Both the position numbers and the translations under genes were made by a program. Below, piece after piece: positions 1 through 7,049 of a stretch of DNA of 32,000 bases (positions are counted from its first letter, which is position 1; every line of letters begins with the position of its first letter). The stretch is taken from NCBI RefSeq assembly GCF_042660085.1, contig NZ_JBHSTI010000002.1:570001-602000 (forward strand), given 5' to 3'. Under the pieces are notes generated by a model. It saw nothing but the letters and a program-made list of their open reading frames with translations. It had not been told where the DNA came from and did no database searches. Origin of the DNA: Longivirga aurantiaca (GTDB lineage: Bacteria > Actinomycetota > Actinomycetes > S36-B12 > CAIYMF01).

Positions 1-245
1 CCGCCATCCTCCTCGTGGGCTACGCGATCTGGCTGTTCTACAAGCGCAAGCTGGTCAGCGGCATCATCGCGGTCGTGATCGGCCTCGGCGTGTACGCCTG
101 GTACGCCACCACGGACGACGTGCCCCCGCAGGTCGCGTTCGTGACGCCGTACGTCGCCACGCTGCTCGTGCTGTCGATGGCCTCGCAACGGCTGCGCATG
201 CCGGCCGCGGACGGGAAGCCGTACCTCAAGGGCGAGGAGCACTAG
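1..245 (+). CDS. ABC transporter permease, C-terminal fragment (gene continues past left edge); probably the nucleoside/BMP-type uptake system
   Basis: The reading frame is open from the window edge (codons from base 3); the GTG at 15 is internal. Hydrophobic TM-like sequence AIWLFYKRKLVSGIIAVVIGLGVYAWYA...YVATLLVLSMA. Stop lies 3 nt before the cdd start, which fits a nucleoside uptake/catabolism operon. Confidence 0.6.
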   Translation, partial: AILLVGYAIWLFYKRKLVSGIIAVVIGLGVYAWYATTDDVPPQVAFVTPYVATLLVLSMASQRLRMPAADGKPYLKGEEH

Positions 246-248
246 CCG

Positions 249-662
249 GTGGCCGAGGTCGACTGGGACGGCCTCCGAGCGGCCGCCGTCGAAGTGATGC
301 AGAGGGCGTACGCCCCCTACAGCAGGTTCCGCGTGGGCGTCGCCGGGCTCGTGGACGACGGCAGGGTCGTCGTGGGGTGCAACGTCGAGAACGCGGCGTA
401 CGGCGTCGCCCTGTGCGCGGAGTGCGGCATGGTGTCGCAGCTGCACGCCACCGGCGGAGGTCGGCTCGTGGCGGTCGCGTGCGTCGACGCCAACGGCGAC
501 CCCCTGATGCCGTGCGGCCGGTGCCGTCAGCTCCTGTGGGAGAACGGCGGGCCCGAGTGCCTCGTCGCGACCCCGCTCGGCGTCCTCCCGATGTCCGACG
601 TCCTGCCGCAGGCGTTCGGCGTCTCCGACCTCTCGCACGTGACAGGTGAGTCCTATGGCTGA
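249..662 (+). CDS. cdd: cytidine deaminase
   Basis: 137 aa. Zinc-ligand motifs CAECGMV and PCGRCRQLL are typical of small tetrameric cytidine deaminases. GTG start; high GC3. Confidence 0.9.
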   Translation: MAEVDWDGLRAAAVEVMQRAYAPYSRFRVGVAGLVDDGRVVVGCNVENAAYGVALCAECGMVSQLHATGGGRLVAVACVDANGDPLMPCGRCRQLLWENGGPECLVATPLGVLPMSDVLPQAFGVSDLSHVTGESYG

Positions 663-1947
663 GAAGTTCGCCGCGGTCGATGTGATCGTCGCCAAGCGCG
701 ACAAGCGCGAGCTGACCGACGAGCAGATCGACTGGGTCGTCGACGCCTACACGCGCGGCGTGGTGGCCGACGAGCAGATGAGCGCGCTGGCGATGGCGAT
801 CCTGCTCAACGACATGACCCCGCGGGAGATCGCGCGCTGGACCGGAGCGATGATCGCGAGCGGCGAGCGGATGGACTTCAGCACCGTCGGGCGCCCGACC
901 GTCGACAAGCACTCCACCGGCGGCGTCGGCGACAAGATCACGTTGCCGCTCGCGCCCGTCGTCGCGGCCTGCGGTGCCGCGGTGCCCCAGCTCTCCGGCC
1001 GCGGCCTCGGCTACACCGGCGGCACGCTCGACAAGCTCGAGTCGATCCCCGGGTGGCGGGCGTCACTGTCCAACGAGGAGATGCTCGCCGTCCTGCGCGA
1101 CGTCGGCGCGGTCATCTGCGCGGCCGGCGACGGGCTCGCGCCGGCCGACAAGAAGCTGTACGCGCTGCGCGACGTCACCGGCACGGTCGAGGCGATCCCG
1201 CTCATCGCGAGCAGCATCATGAGCAAGAAGATCGCCGAGGGCACCGGCGCGCTCGTGCTCGACGTCAAGGTGGGCTCCGGGGCCTTCATGAAGGACGAGG
1301 CGCGGGCCCGTGCCCTGGCCGAGCGGATGGTGGCCCTCGGCGAGGACGCCGGGGTGCGCACCCGCGCCCTGCTCACCGCCATGGACACCCCGCTCGGGCT
1401 CACCGCCGGCAACGCGCTCGAGGTGCGCGAGTCGGTCGAGGTGCTCGCCGGCGGCGGCCCTGCGGACGTCGTCGAGCTGACGCTCGTCCTCGCGCGGAAC
1501 ATGCTCGAGCTCGCCGGCGTCCACGGGCCGGACCCCGAGGAGGTCCTGCGCGACGGCCGGGCCATGGACGCCTGGCGCCGGATGATCGCGGCCCAGGGCG
1601 GCGACCCCGATGCGCCGCTCCCGGTGGCCCCCGAGCAGCACGTCGTCACCGCCGAGCGTTCGGGAGTGCTCACCCGGCTCGACGCGCTGGCGGTCGGCGT
1701 GGCCGCATGGCGCCTCGGCGCCGGTCGGGCCCGCAAGGAGGACCCGGTCAGCGCGGGTGCCGGCATCGAGATGCACGCGAAGCCCGGCGACGCCGTCACC
1801 GCCCGTCAGCCGCTTCTCACCCTGCACGCCGACGACGCCGGGCGCTTCGCGGCGTCGTTGCGCGACCTCGAGGGCGGCGTGGCGATCGGCGACCCCGGCA
1901 CTCCGATCGACCTCCTGCCGCTCGTCATCGACCAGATCGGATCCTGA
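655..1947 (+). CDS. deoA: thymidine (pyrimidine-nucleoside) phosphorylase
   Basis: About 430 aa with KHSTGGVGDK and SGRGLGYTGGTLDKLE signatures. ATG 655 is preceded by GGTGAG and overlaps the cdd stop (ATGGCTGA). An alternative GTG start is at 646. Confidence 0.9.
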   Translation: MAEKFAAVDVIVAKRDKRELTDEQIDWVVDAYTRGVVADEQMSALAMAILLNDMTPREIARWTGAMIASGERMDFSTVGRPTVDKHSTGGVGDKITLPLAPVVAACGAAVPQLSGRGLGYTGGTLDKLESIPGWRASLSNEEMLAVLRDVGAVICAAGDGLAPADKKLYALRDVTGTVEAIPLIASSIMSKKIAEGTGALVLDVKVGSGAFMKDEARARALAERMVALGEDAGVRTRALLTAMDTPLGLTAGNALEVRESVEVLAGGGPADVVELTLVLARNMLELAGVHGPDPEEVLRDGRAMDAWRRMIAAQGGDPDAPLPVAPEQHVVTAERSGVLTRLDALAVGVAAWRLGAGRARKEDPVSAGAGIEMHAKPGDAVTARQPLLTLHADDAGRFAASLRDLEGGVAIGDPGTPIDLLPLVIDQIGS

Positions 1948-1948
1948 C

Positions 1949-2302
1949 ATGCCGCGCGTCATCGAGGCGCCCACCCGCATCCCCGTCCCGGGCGGCAAGA
2001 CGATCGACGAGTACGTCGGTCGCGTGACTACCGGCACAACGTCCGTGTCGGTGGCGCACATGGTGGCGCCCGCAGGGTGGGAGGAGCCGGCGCAGACCCC
2101 GGAGTTCGACGAGATCACCGTCGTGCTGCGCGGCACGGTGGTCGTGGAGCACGAGGGCGGGCAGCTCGAGGTGCACGCGGGTCAGGCCGTGATCACCCAC
2201 GCCGGTGAGCGGATCCGCTACTCGACGTCGGGCGAGGGCGCGGAGTACGTCGCCGTCTGCCTTCCCGCGTTCGGCCCGGACCTCGTCAACCGCGAGGACT
2301 GA
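1949..2302 (+). CDS. small cupin-domain protein, function unknown
   Basis: 117 aa. The ATG is one nt after the deoA stop. Beta-rich cupin-like core (VAHMVAPAGW...ITVVLRGTVVVEHEGGQLEVHAGQAV...GERIRY). ORF-track entry 1610..2302 is the same frame extended back over the deoA 3' end. Confidence 0.65.
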   Translation: MPRVIEAPTRIPVPGGKTIDEYVGRVTTGTTSVSVAHMVAPAGWEEPAQTPEFDEITVVLRGTVVVEHEGGQLEVHAGQAVITHAGERIRYSTSGEGAEYVAVCLPAFGPDLVNRED

Positions 2303-2316
2303 GCCGGAGCCGCGGG

Positions 2317-2751
2317 CTACTGGCCGGCGACGCGGGCCTTGAACGGGTCCGTGCGCGGCGTGTTGCTGACCTCTGCGCGCGGGCAACCGGCGAGCGTCAG
2401 ACCGGCGACCTTGAGCGCGTCGTTGCAGAGCAGCTCGACGGTGAGGCCGAACTCCTGCCCGGCGGGCGTGATCGTGACGCGGTAGATGGTGACCTCATGG
2501 CGCACCGGGGTGTCGTACATGACGGCGACGGTGCCGAGGAGCACCGAGGTGCCCCGCGTGCCGCCCACGCCGTTCCAGGGCGAGTCGTACCGCTGCCAGA
2601 CCGACGCCGAGGCGTTCCACACGCCGCCGAGTGAGACGTCCTGGTCGCGCAGGTGGTTCAGCACCTGGGTGGCGACACGGCTCTCGAGCACGGCGGCGGG
2701 CCGGATGATCTCGACCTGCTCCTGCAGCCGCGATGCGGACGTCTGCTCCAT
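2317..2751 (-). CDS. hypothetical protein (144 aa)
   Basis: Balanced amino-acid composition, unlike the Arg/Pro-rich antisense artefacts, and high GC3 in this frame. I recognise no motif. Convergent with the cupin gene (14-nt gap) and divergent from add. Confidence 0.55.
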   Translation of the reverse strand: MEQTSASRLQEQVEIIRPAAVLESRVATQVLNHLRDQDVSLGGVWNASASVWQRYDSPWNGVGGTRGTSVLLGTVAVMYDTPVRHEVTIYRVTITPAGQEFGLTVELLCNDALKVAGLTLAGCPRAEVSNTPRTDPFKARVAGQ

Positions 2752-2881
2752 ATGGGTGTCTTCGGCACCTGGGGGCGGAGGTTGAGCGACTTGACCGGGG
2801 TTTCCGCTCCGACACCCCGAGTTCGTGCTCTCGACGCCCGCGCGGACGCCTCCGAGGCGGTCGGGGCGCTAGCGTGCGGGA

Positions 2882-4039
2882 ATGAGCGTCGAGACCGGTC
2901 CTGTCCATCCCGCATCCGCCCCGCGCGACCCTGCTGCGGGATCCCGCGCCGTGCTGCCCGCCGACGTCGTGCGCCGGGCCCCGAAGGCCCTGCTGCACGA
3001 CCACCTCGACGGGGGCCTGCGTCCGCAGACCATCGTGGAGCTCGCGGCCGAGACGGGGTACGGCAAGCTGCCGACGACCGACGCCGAGGAGCTCGGCCGC
3101 TGGTTCGTCGAGGCGGCGGACTCGGGGTCGCTCGTGCGCTACCTCGAGACCTTCGCGCACACCGTCGGCGTGATGCAGACCCCCGAGGCCCTCGCCCGGG
3201 TCGCGTCCGAGTGCGCGCAGGACCTCGCCGCCGACGGCGTGGTGTACGCCGAGGTGCGTTTCGCGCCCGAGCTGCACGTCGAGCGCGGCCTCGCCCTCAC
3301 CGAGGTGGTCGAGGCGGTGCTCGCGGGCTTCCGCGAGGGCGAGGCGGCGGCTGCCGCGGCAGGCAACAGCATCCGCGTCGGCACGCTGCTGACGGCGATG
3401 CGCACCGCCGCCCGGTCCCGCGAGATCGCCGAGCTCGTCGTCGTCTACCGCGACCGGGGCGTCGTCGGCTTCGACATCGCCGGCGCCGAGGCGGGCTTCC
3501 CGCCGTCGCGCCACCAGGACGCCTTCGACTACCTGCGCGGCGAGTCGTGCCACATCACCATCCACGCGGGCGAGGCGTTCGGCCTTCCGTCGATCCACGA
3601 GGCCGTGGCCTTCTGCGGCTGCGACCGGCTCGGGCACGGCGTGCGCATCGTCGACGACATCACGATCGAGCCCGACGGCTCGGCCACGCTCGGCCGCCTC
3701 GCGCGCTACGTCCGCGACCAGCGCATCCCGCTGGAGATGTGCCCGACGTCGAACATCCAGACCGGTGCGGCCCCGTCGTACGCCGAGCACCCGATCGGTC
3801 TGCTCACGCGGCTGCGCTTCCGGGTCACGGTGAACACCGACAACCGCCTGATGTCTGGCACCTCGATGTCGCGGGAGTTCCTCGCGCTGTCCGAGGCGTT
3901 CGGCTGGGGCCTCGACGACATGCGCTGGGTCACGATCAACGCCCTGAAGTCGGCGTTCATCCCCTTCGACGAGCGCCTCGCCCTGATCGAGCAGGTCGTG
4001 AAGCCCCGCTACGCCGCCCTGGCCGCCGAGACCCTCTGA
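2882..4039 (+). CDS. add: adenosine deaminase
   Basis: 385 aa. Metal-binding HDHLDGG near the N-terminus, an HAGE motif (TIHAGEAFG) and a TVNTDN segment characteristic of adenosine deaminase. Confidence 0.9.
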   Translation: MSVETGPVHPASAPRDPAAGSRAVLPADVVRRAPKALLHDHLDGGLRPQTIVELAAETGYGKLPTTDAEELGRWFVEAADSGSLVRYLETFAHTVGVMQTPEALARVASECAQDLAADGVVYAEVRFAPELHVERGLALTEVVEAVLAGFREGEAAAAAAGNSIRVGTLLTAMRTAARSREIAELVVVYRDRGVVGFDIAGAEAGFPPSRHQDAFDYLRGESCHITIHAGEAFGLPSIHEAVAFCGCDRLGHGVRIVDDITIEPDGSATLGRLARYVRDQRIPLEMCPTSNIQTGAAPSYAEHPIGLLTRLRFRVTVNTDNRLMSGTSMSREFLALSEAFGWGLDDMRWVTINALKSAFIPFDERLALIEQVVKPRYAALAAETL

Positions 4040-4051
4040 CCTCCTGTGTTT

Positions 4052-4117
4052 CGCGAGTTACTGCCCACATGGCTGCTGGACGGCCTCCTTCAGCGACCAT
4101 TCGGGCAGTAACTCGGG
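4052..4117. repeat. Palindromic element copy 1 (E1); candidate add terminator and cassette boundary
   Basis: 13-bp perfect arms CGAGTTACTGCCC (4054-4066) / GGGCAGTAACTCG (4103-4115) with a 36-nt loop. Shares the exact 20-mer CGCGAGTTACTGCCCACATG (4052-4071) and 14-mer GGGCAGTAACTCGG (4103-4116) with copy 2, in the same orientation. Confidence 0.8.
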
Positions 4118-4171
4118 CATCCCTGTGGATGGGCTCTGCGCTCTTGTGCCGAGGACTCGCACAGTCGGTGC

Positions 4172-5152
4172 ATGCGCCAGAGCCAGCTCTCGATCGAGCA
4201 GGTCGATGCGCTTGTCCGGTCGGCCGGACCCGGACCGTGGACGCGCGGAGTGCTACAACGCCAGGGCTGGACCCATTCCGCCATTCGAGCTGCAGTGCGG
4301 GCAGGGCGGATCCATCGGCTCCAGCACGGGGTGTACGCCGTGGATCAGGCAGACCTGTCGACCACGATCCGGGCCGCGCTGGCGAAGGCCGGCGCAGGCG
4401 CTGCGGTCAGCCATGAGACCGCGGCCATCGTGCGCACCCTGTGGCTGCCTCGCCGGCCGTCGTCCCTCATCCATCTCACGCGCGGCGGCGCCATCGAACG
4501 CACGCACCAGGGTGTCCGTCTGCACGGGTCGCGGCTGCCGGAGGAGTTCGTCGAGGACCTCGACGGCATGCCGGTCACGACGGTGGCGCGGACGGCGGTG
4601 GACGTGGCCCGAGGTCTGACCCTGCCCGACGCGATGACCGTGATCGACTCTGCTGCTCGGCTGCTGATCCAGCAGGCGTCCGGGGAGGATCTACGGGTTC
4701 TCAGATCCGTGTCGCGTCGCGCCGAGCTCCTGCCCCTGGCGCTGGCGCCCTTGAACGAGGCGTTCGCCTCGGTCTGGACCTGGCCGGGCACCGTGGTCGT
4801 GCGAGGCGCGATCGAGCTGGTCGATCCGGCATCGGAGTCGCCGCACGAGAGCCGCAGCAGGGGCTGGATGTACGAGGCGAAGCTGCCGATGCCGCGCACG
4901 GCGTACGAGGTCCAGGGAGCATCGGGAGCCTGGTACGCGTCGGAGTTCGGCTGGGAGAAGGAACGAGTGCTCGGGGAGGTCGACGGCATCGAGAAGTACG
5001 GCCGAACCGGAGATGAGGTGACTGCCGCCGTGAGAGCCGAGCGCCTTCGTCAGGCCGACCTGCAGGACGCCGGCTGGGCCCTCGCGCGCTGGACGCCGTC
5101 CGAGCGCCGCGCCGTCGTCATCCGGCGCATCGCCCGCACCCTCGGGCTCTGA
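4172..5152 (+). CDS. AbiEi-like N-terminal wHTH fused to a DUF559 / PD-(D/E)xK endonuclease-like C-terminal domain
   Basis: 326 aa. The N-terminus (GVLQRQGWTHSAIRAAVRAGRIHRLQHGVYAV) resembles AbiEi_4-type antitoxin domains. The C-terminus (SPHESRSRGWM...LPMP...YEV...EFGWEKERVLGEVDGIEKY) resembles the DUF559/Vsr-like nuclease fold. It has clearly more A/T-ending codons than its neighbours (GAT, CTT, GGA, CTA, CAA, CAT, ATT, CGA, GCT, GCA within the first ~45 codons). Confidence 0.7.
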   Translation: MRQSQLSIEQVDALVRSAGPGPWTRGVLQRQGWTHSAIRAAVRAGRIHRLQHGVYAVDQADLSTTIRAALAKAGAGAAVSHETAAIVRTLWLPRRPSSLIHLTRGGAIERTHQGVRLHGSRLPEEFVEDLDGMPVTTVARTAVDVARGLTLPDAMTVIDSAARLLIQQASGEDLRVLRSVSRRAELLPLALAPLNEAFASVWTWPGTVVVRGAIELVDPASESPHESRSRGWMYEAKLPMPRTAYEVQGASGAWYASEFGWEKERVLGEVDGIEKYGRTGDEVTAAVRAERLRQADLQDAGWALARWTPSERRAVVIRRIARTLGL

Positions 5153-5218
5153 CGCGAGTTACTGCCCACATGAACGCTGAGACATGCCCTTCAACGAACA
5201 TGTGGGCAGTAACTCGGA
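5153..5218. repeat. Palindromic element copy 2 (E2); candidate bidirectional terminator and cassette boundary
   Basis: Perfect 18-bp arms CGAGTTACTGCCCACATG (5155-5172) / CATGTGGGCAGTAACTCG (5199-5216) with a 26-nt loop. It starts 1 nt after the DUF559-gene stop and ends 5 nt before the lysE stop. Homologous to E1, including partial loop similarity. Confidence 0.85.
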
Positions 5219-5221
5219 GAA

Positions 5222-5836
5222 CTAGCCGGCGAGCAGGGCGGGGGCGAACTGGACGACGAGGACGACGCCGGTGAGCAGCAGCAGGGCGCCGGCCGCCTGG
5301 TGGGCGATACGCAGGCCACGCTCGTCGAGGTGGCGGCGTCCACCGGCCACGACTGCGGCGAGCACCACCTTGCTGCCGATGAGCAGCAGGTAGAACGCGG
5401 CCAGGAAGCCCGCTGCCGCGGCCGGCGACGACGACCAGGCCGACACCAGCAGCGGCCCGCCGACCGCGAGCCAGAAGACCCACGGGTGCGGCGACAGCAG
5501 GTTCATCAGCGCACCGCGCAGGAGCGGGTCGCGCCCGGCACGCGGCGGTGCCTCGACCGCGGTGACCACCTGCTCGCGCAGCGCCTCGATGCCGAGCCAC
5601 ACGACGTACAGGCCGCCGGCGACACCGAGGGCGCCGGTCGCACGGTCGGGCAGAGCACCGACCACGAGGACGCTGATCGTGATGACGACGACGTCGGTCA
5701 CCAGCGGGCTGAAGGCGACGCGGACGCCGGACCGGAATCCGGCAGCGAGGGTCGTCGTGATGACGAGCGCCATGAGCGGGCCCGGCGCGAGACCGGCGCC
5801 GAGTCCGAGGGCGAGGCCGGCGAGCACGAACTGCAC
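5222..5836 (-). CDS. LysE/RhtB-family amino-acid exporter
   Basis: 204 aa, polytopic. The N-terminus FVLAGLALGLGAGLAPGPLMALVITTTLAAGFRSG is typical of LysE-type translocators. GTG start. Confidence 0.8.
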   Translation of the reverse strand: MQFVLAGLALGLGAGLAPGPLMALVITTTLAAGFRSGVRVAFSPLVTDVVVITISVLVVGALPDRATGALGVAGGLYVVWLGIEALREQVVTAVEAPPRAGRDPLLRGALMNLLSPHPWVFWLAVGGPLLVSAWSSSPAAAAGFLAAFYLLLIGSKVVLAAVVAGGRRHLDERGLRIAHQAAGALLLLTGVVLVVQFAPALLAG

Positions 5837-5845
5837 GCGCCGACC

Positions 5846-6304
5846 CTAGGGGGTGTAGCGCTGGGCCTCGGTCACCAGCATCGCGTTGCGCACCTCGATG
5901 AGGTGGCGCAGGCGACGTCGGAGCACGGCCGACTCCGCGACGTCGCCGAGCGGTCCGAGCGGGGCGTCGAACGCGACGTGGTCGGTCATGCGCGTGCCTC
6001 CCTCGACCGGCTCGAAGAGGTGCTCGTGGCGGAACGACGCGAAGGGGCCGCGCACCTGCTCGTCGACGAACCGCCGTGGGCGCTCGAGCTCGGCGATGCG
6101 GCTGGTCATCGTGAACCGGAGGCCGAAGTGCCGGGCCTTCCACGTGACGACGTCGCCGAGCCCGAGCGGGGACGTCGGCATCCCCACGACGCGCTCGCGC
6201 CAGGCGGCCATCGAGCGCAGGTGGAGGTCGACGTCCAGGGACAGGTCGAACAGGGTCTCCGGAGCGCAGCGGACGAGGTTCGCGAGGGTGAACCGGACGG
6301 TCAT
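5846..6304 (-). CDS. SRPBCC (START/polyketide-cyclase-like) family protein
   Basis: 152 aa from the ATG at 6304 (MTVRFTLANLVRC...WKARHFGLRFTMTSRI...FVDEQVRGPFASFRHEHLFE). ATGA overlap with the upstream kinase gene. The rest of ORF-track entry 5846..7180 is an in-frame artefact. Confidence 0.65.
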   Translation of the reverse strand: MTVRFTLANLVRCAPETLFDLSLDVDLHLRSMAAWRERVVGMPTSPLGLGDVVTWKARHFGLRFTMTSRIAELERPRRFVDEQVRGPFASFRHEHLFEPVEGGTRMTDHVAFDAPLGPLGDVAESAVLRRRLRHLIEVRNAMLVTEAQRYTP

Positions 6305-6927
6305 GATGTGCCGCGTCGCGACGAGGTCTCGCTGGCCTTGAGCCCGTGCAGGAGGGCGGTGAGCTCCCCGGCGCTGACGCGGCGGCAGCCGTGCGAGCAG
6401 GCGTCGGCGATGATCCCGGGCTCTGCCGCCATGAGGAGCCGGCCGCGCTGCCACAGCGTGAGCGGCGGCTTGCGGCGCTCCTTCAGATCGCGCGCGAACC
6501 GGCGGACGAAGTTCTTCCAGGGTGTGCGGTGCAGCACGACCGCGTCCGCGAGCAGGTCGCGCCCGCGCAGCCGCTCGATGATCACCGCGGCGAACACTCC
6601 CTCGGCCACCACCGCCGGGGCCCCGCGCAGCTCGACCACCGCGGTGCCGGTGGCGCGGTTCTGGGGGATGTCGTACGTCGGCACCTCGACCCGGCCGGTG
6701 CGGCACAGCGCCTCGAGCGCGGCCACGGCGTCGTCGGCCTTCCAGGACCGCGGGTCGTCCCAGTCGACGATGCCGAGCTCCTCGGAGCGCGGCATCGCCG
6801 GGTCGTCGCCGTCCCGGTAGAAGTCGTCGAGCCGGAAGACGGGGAGCCCGCTGCGCGCGGCGATGTGGCTCTTGCCCGAGCCCGACGGCCCGCACAGCAG
6901 CACCACGCAGGCCGGCGTCCCTTCCAT
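6301..6927 (-). CDS. uridine-kinase-family P-loop NTPase
   Basis: 208 aa. Walker A LLCGPSGSGKS, then a Udk/PRK-like pattern (DDFY...WDDP...VEVPTYD...VVAEGVF). Confidence 0.65.
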   Translation of the reverse strand: MEGTPACVVLLCGPSGSGKSHIAARSGLPVFRLDDFYRDGDDPAMPRSEELGIVDWDDPRSWKADDAVAALEALCRTGRVEVPTYDIPQNRATGTAVVELRGAPAVVAEGVFAAVIIERLRGRDLLADAVVLHRTPWKNFVRRFARDLKERRKPPLTLWQRGRLLMAAEPGIIADACSHGCRRVSAGELTALLHGLKASETSSRRGTS

Positions 6928-7049
6928 GCCACGGAACCCTATCCGCCGCGCAGCCCCGGCCCGAGATGGTTGACGACGTGACCAGTGTCTCCGGTGACGT
7001 GGGCCGGACGACCTGCGACGTGCGGGTGGCCGGGCGCAGACTGCGAGGC

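Noticed and set aside
4172-5152. Possible AbiEi/AbiEii type IV toxin-antitoxin (abortive infection) pair
   Set aside because: Only the AbiEi-like N-terminal domain is present, fused to a DUF559-like domain. No AbiEii nucleotidyltransferase gene lies next to it, and the cassette has room for one gene only.
4034-5152. CTCTGAC preceding both palindromic elements, considered as a target-site duplication
   Set aside because: It is 7 bp, includes the stop codons of two different genes, and is spaced differently from the elements (11 extra nt at E1). That is too short and irregular to call a TSD. It is kept only as a note inside the cassette finding.
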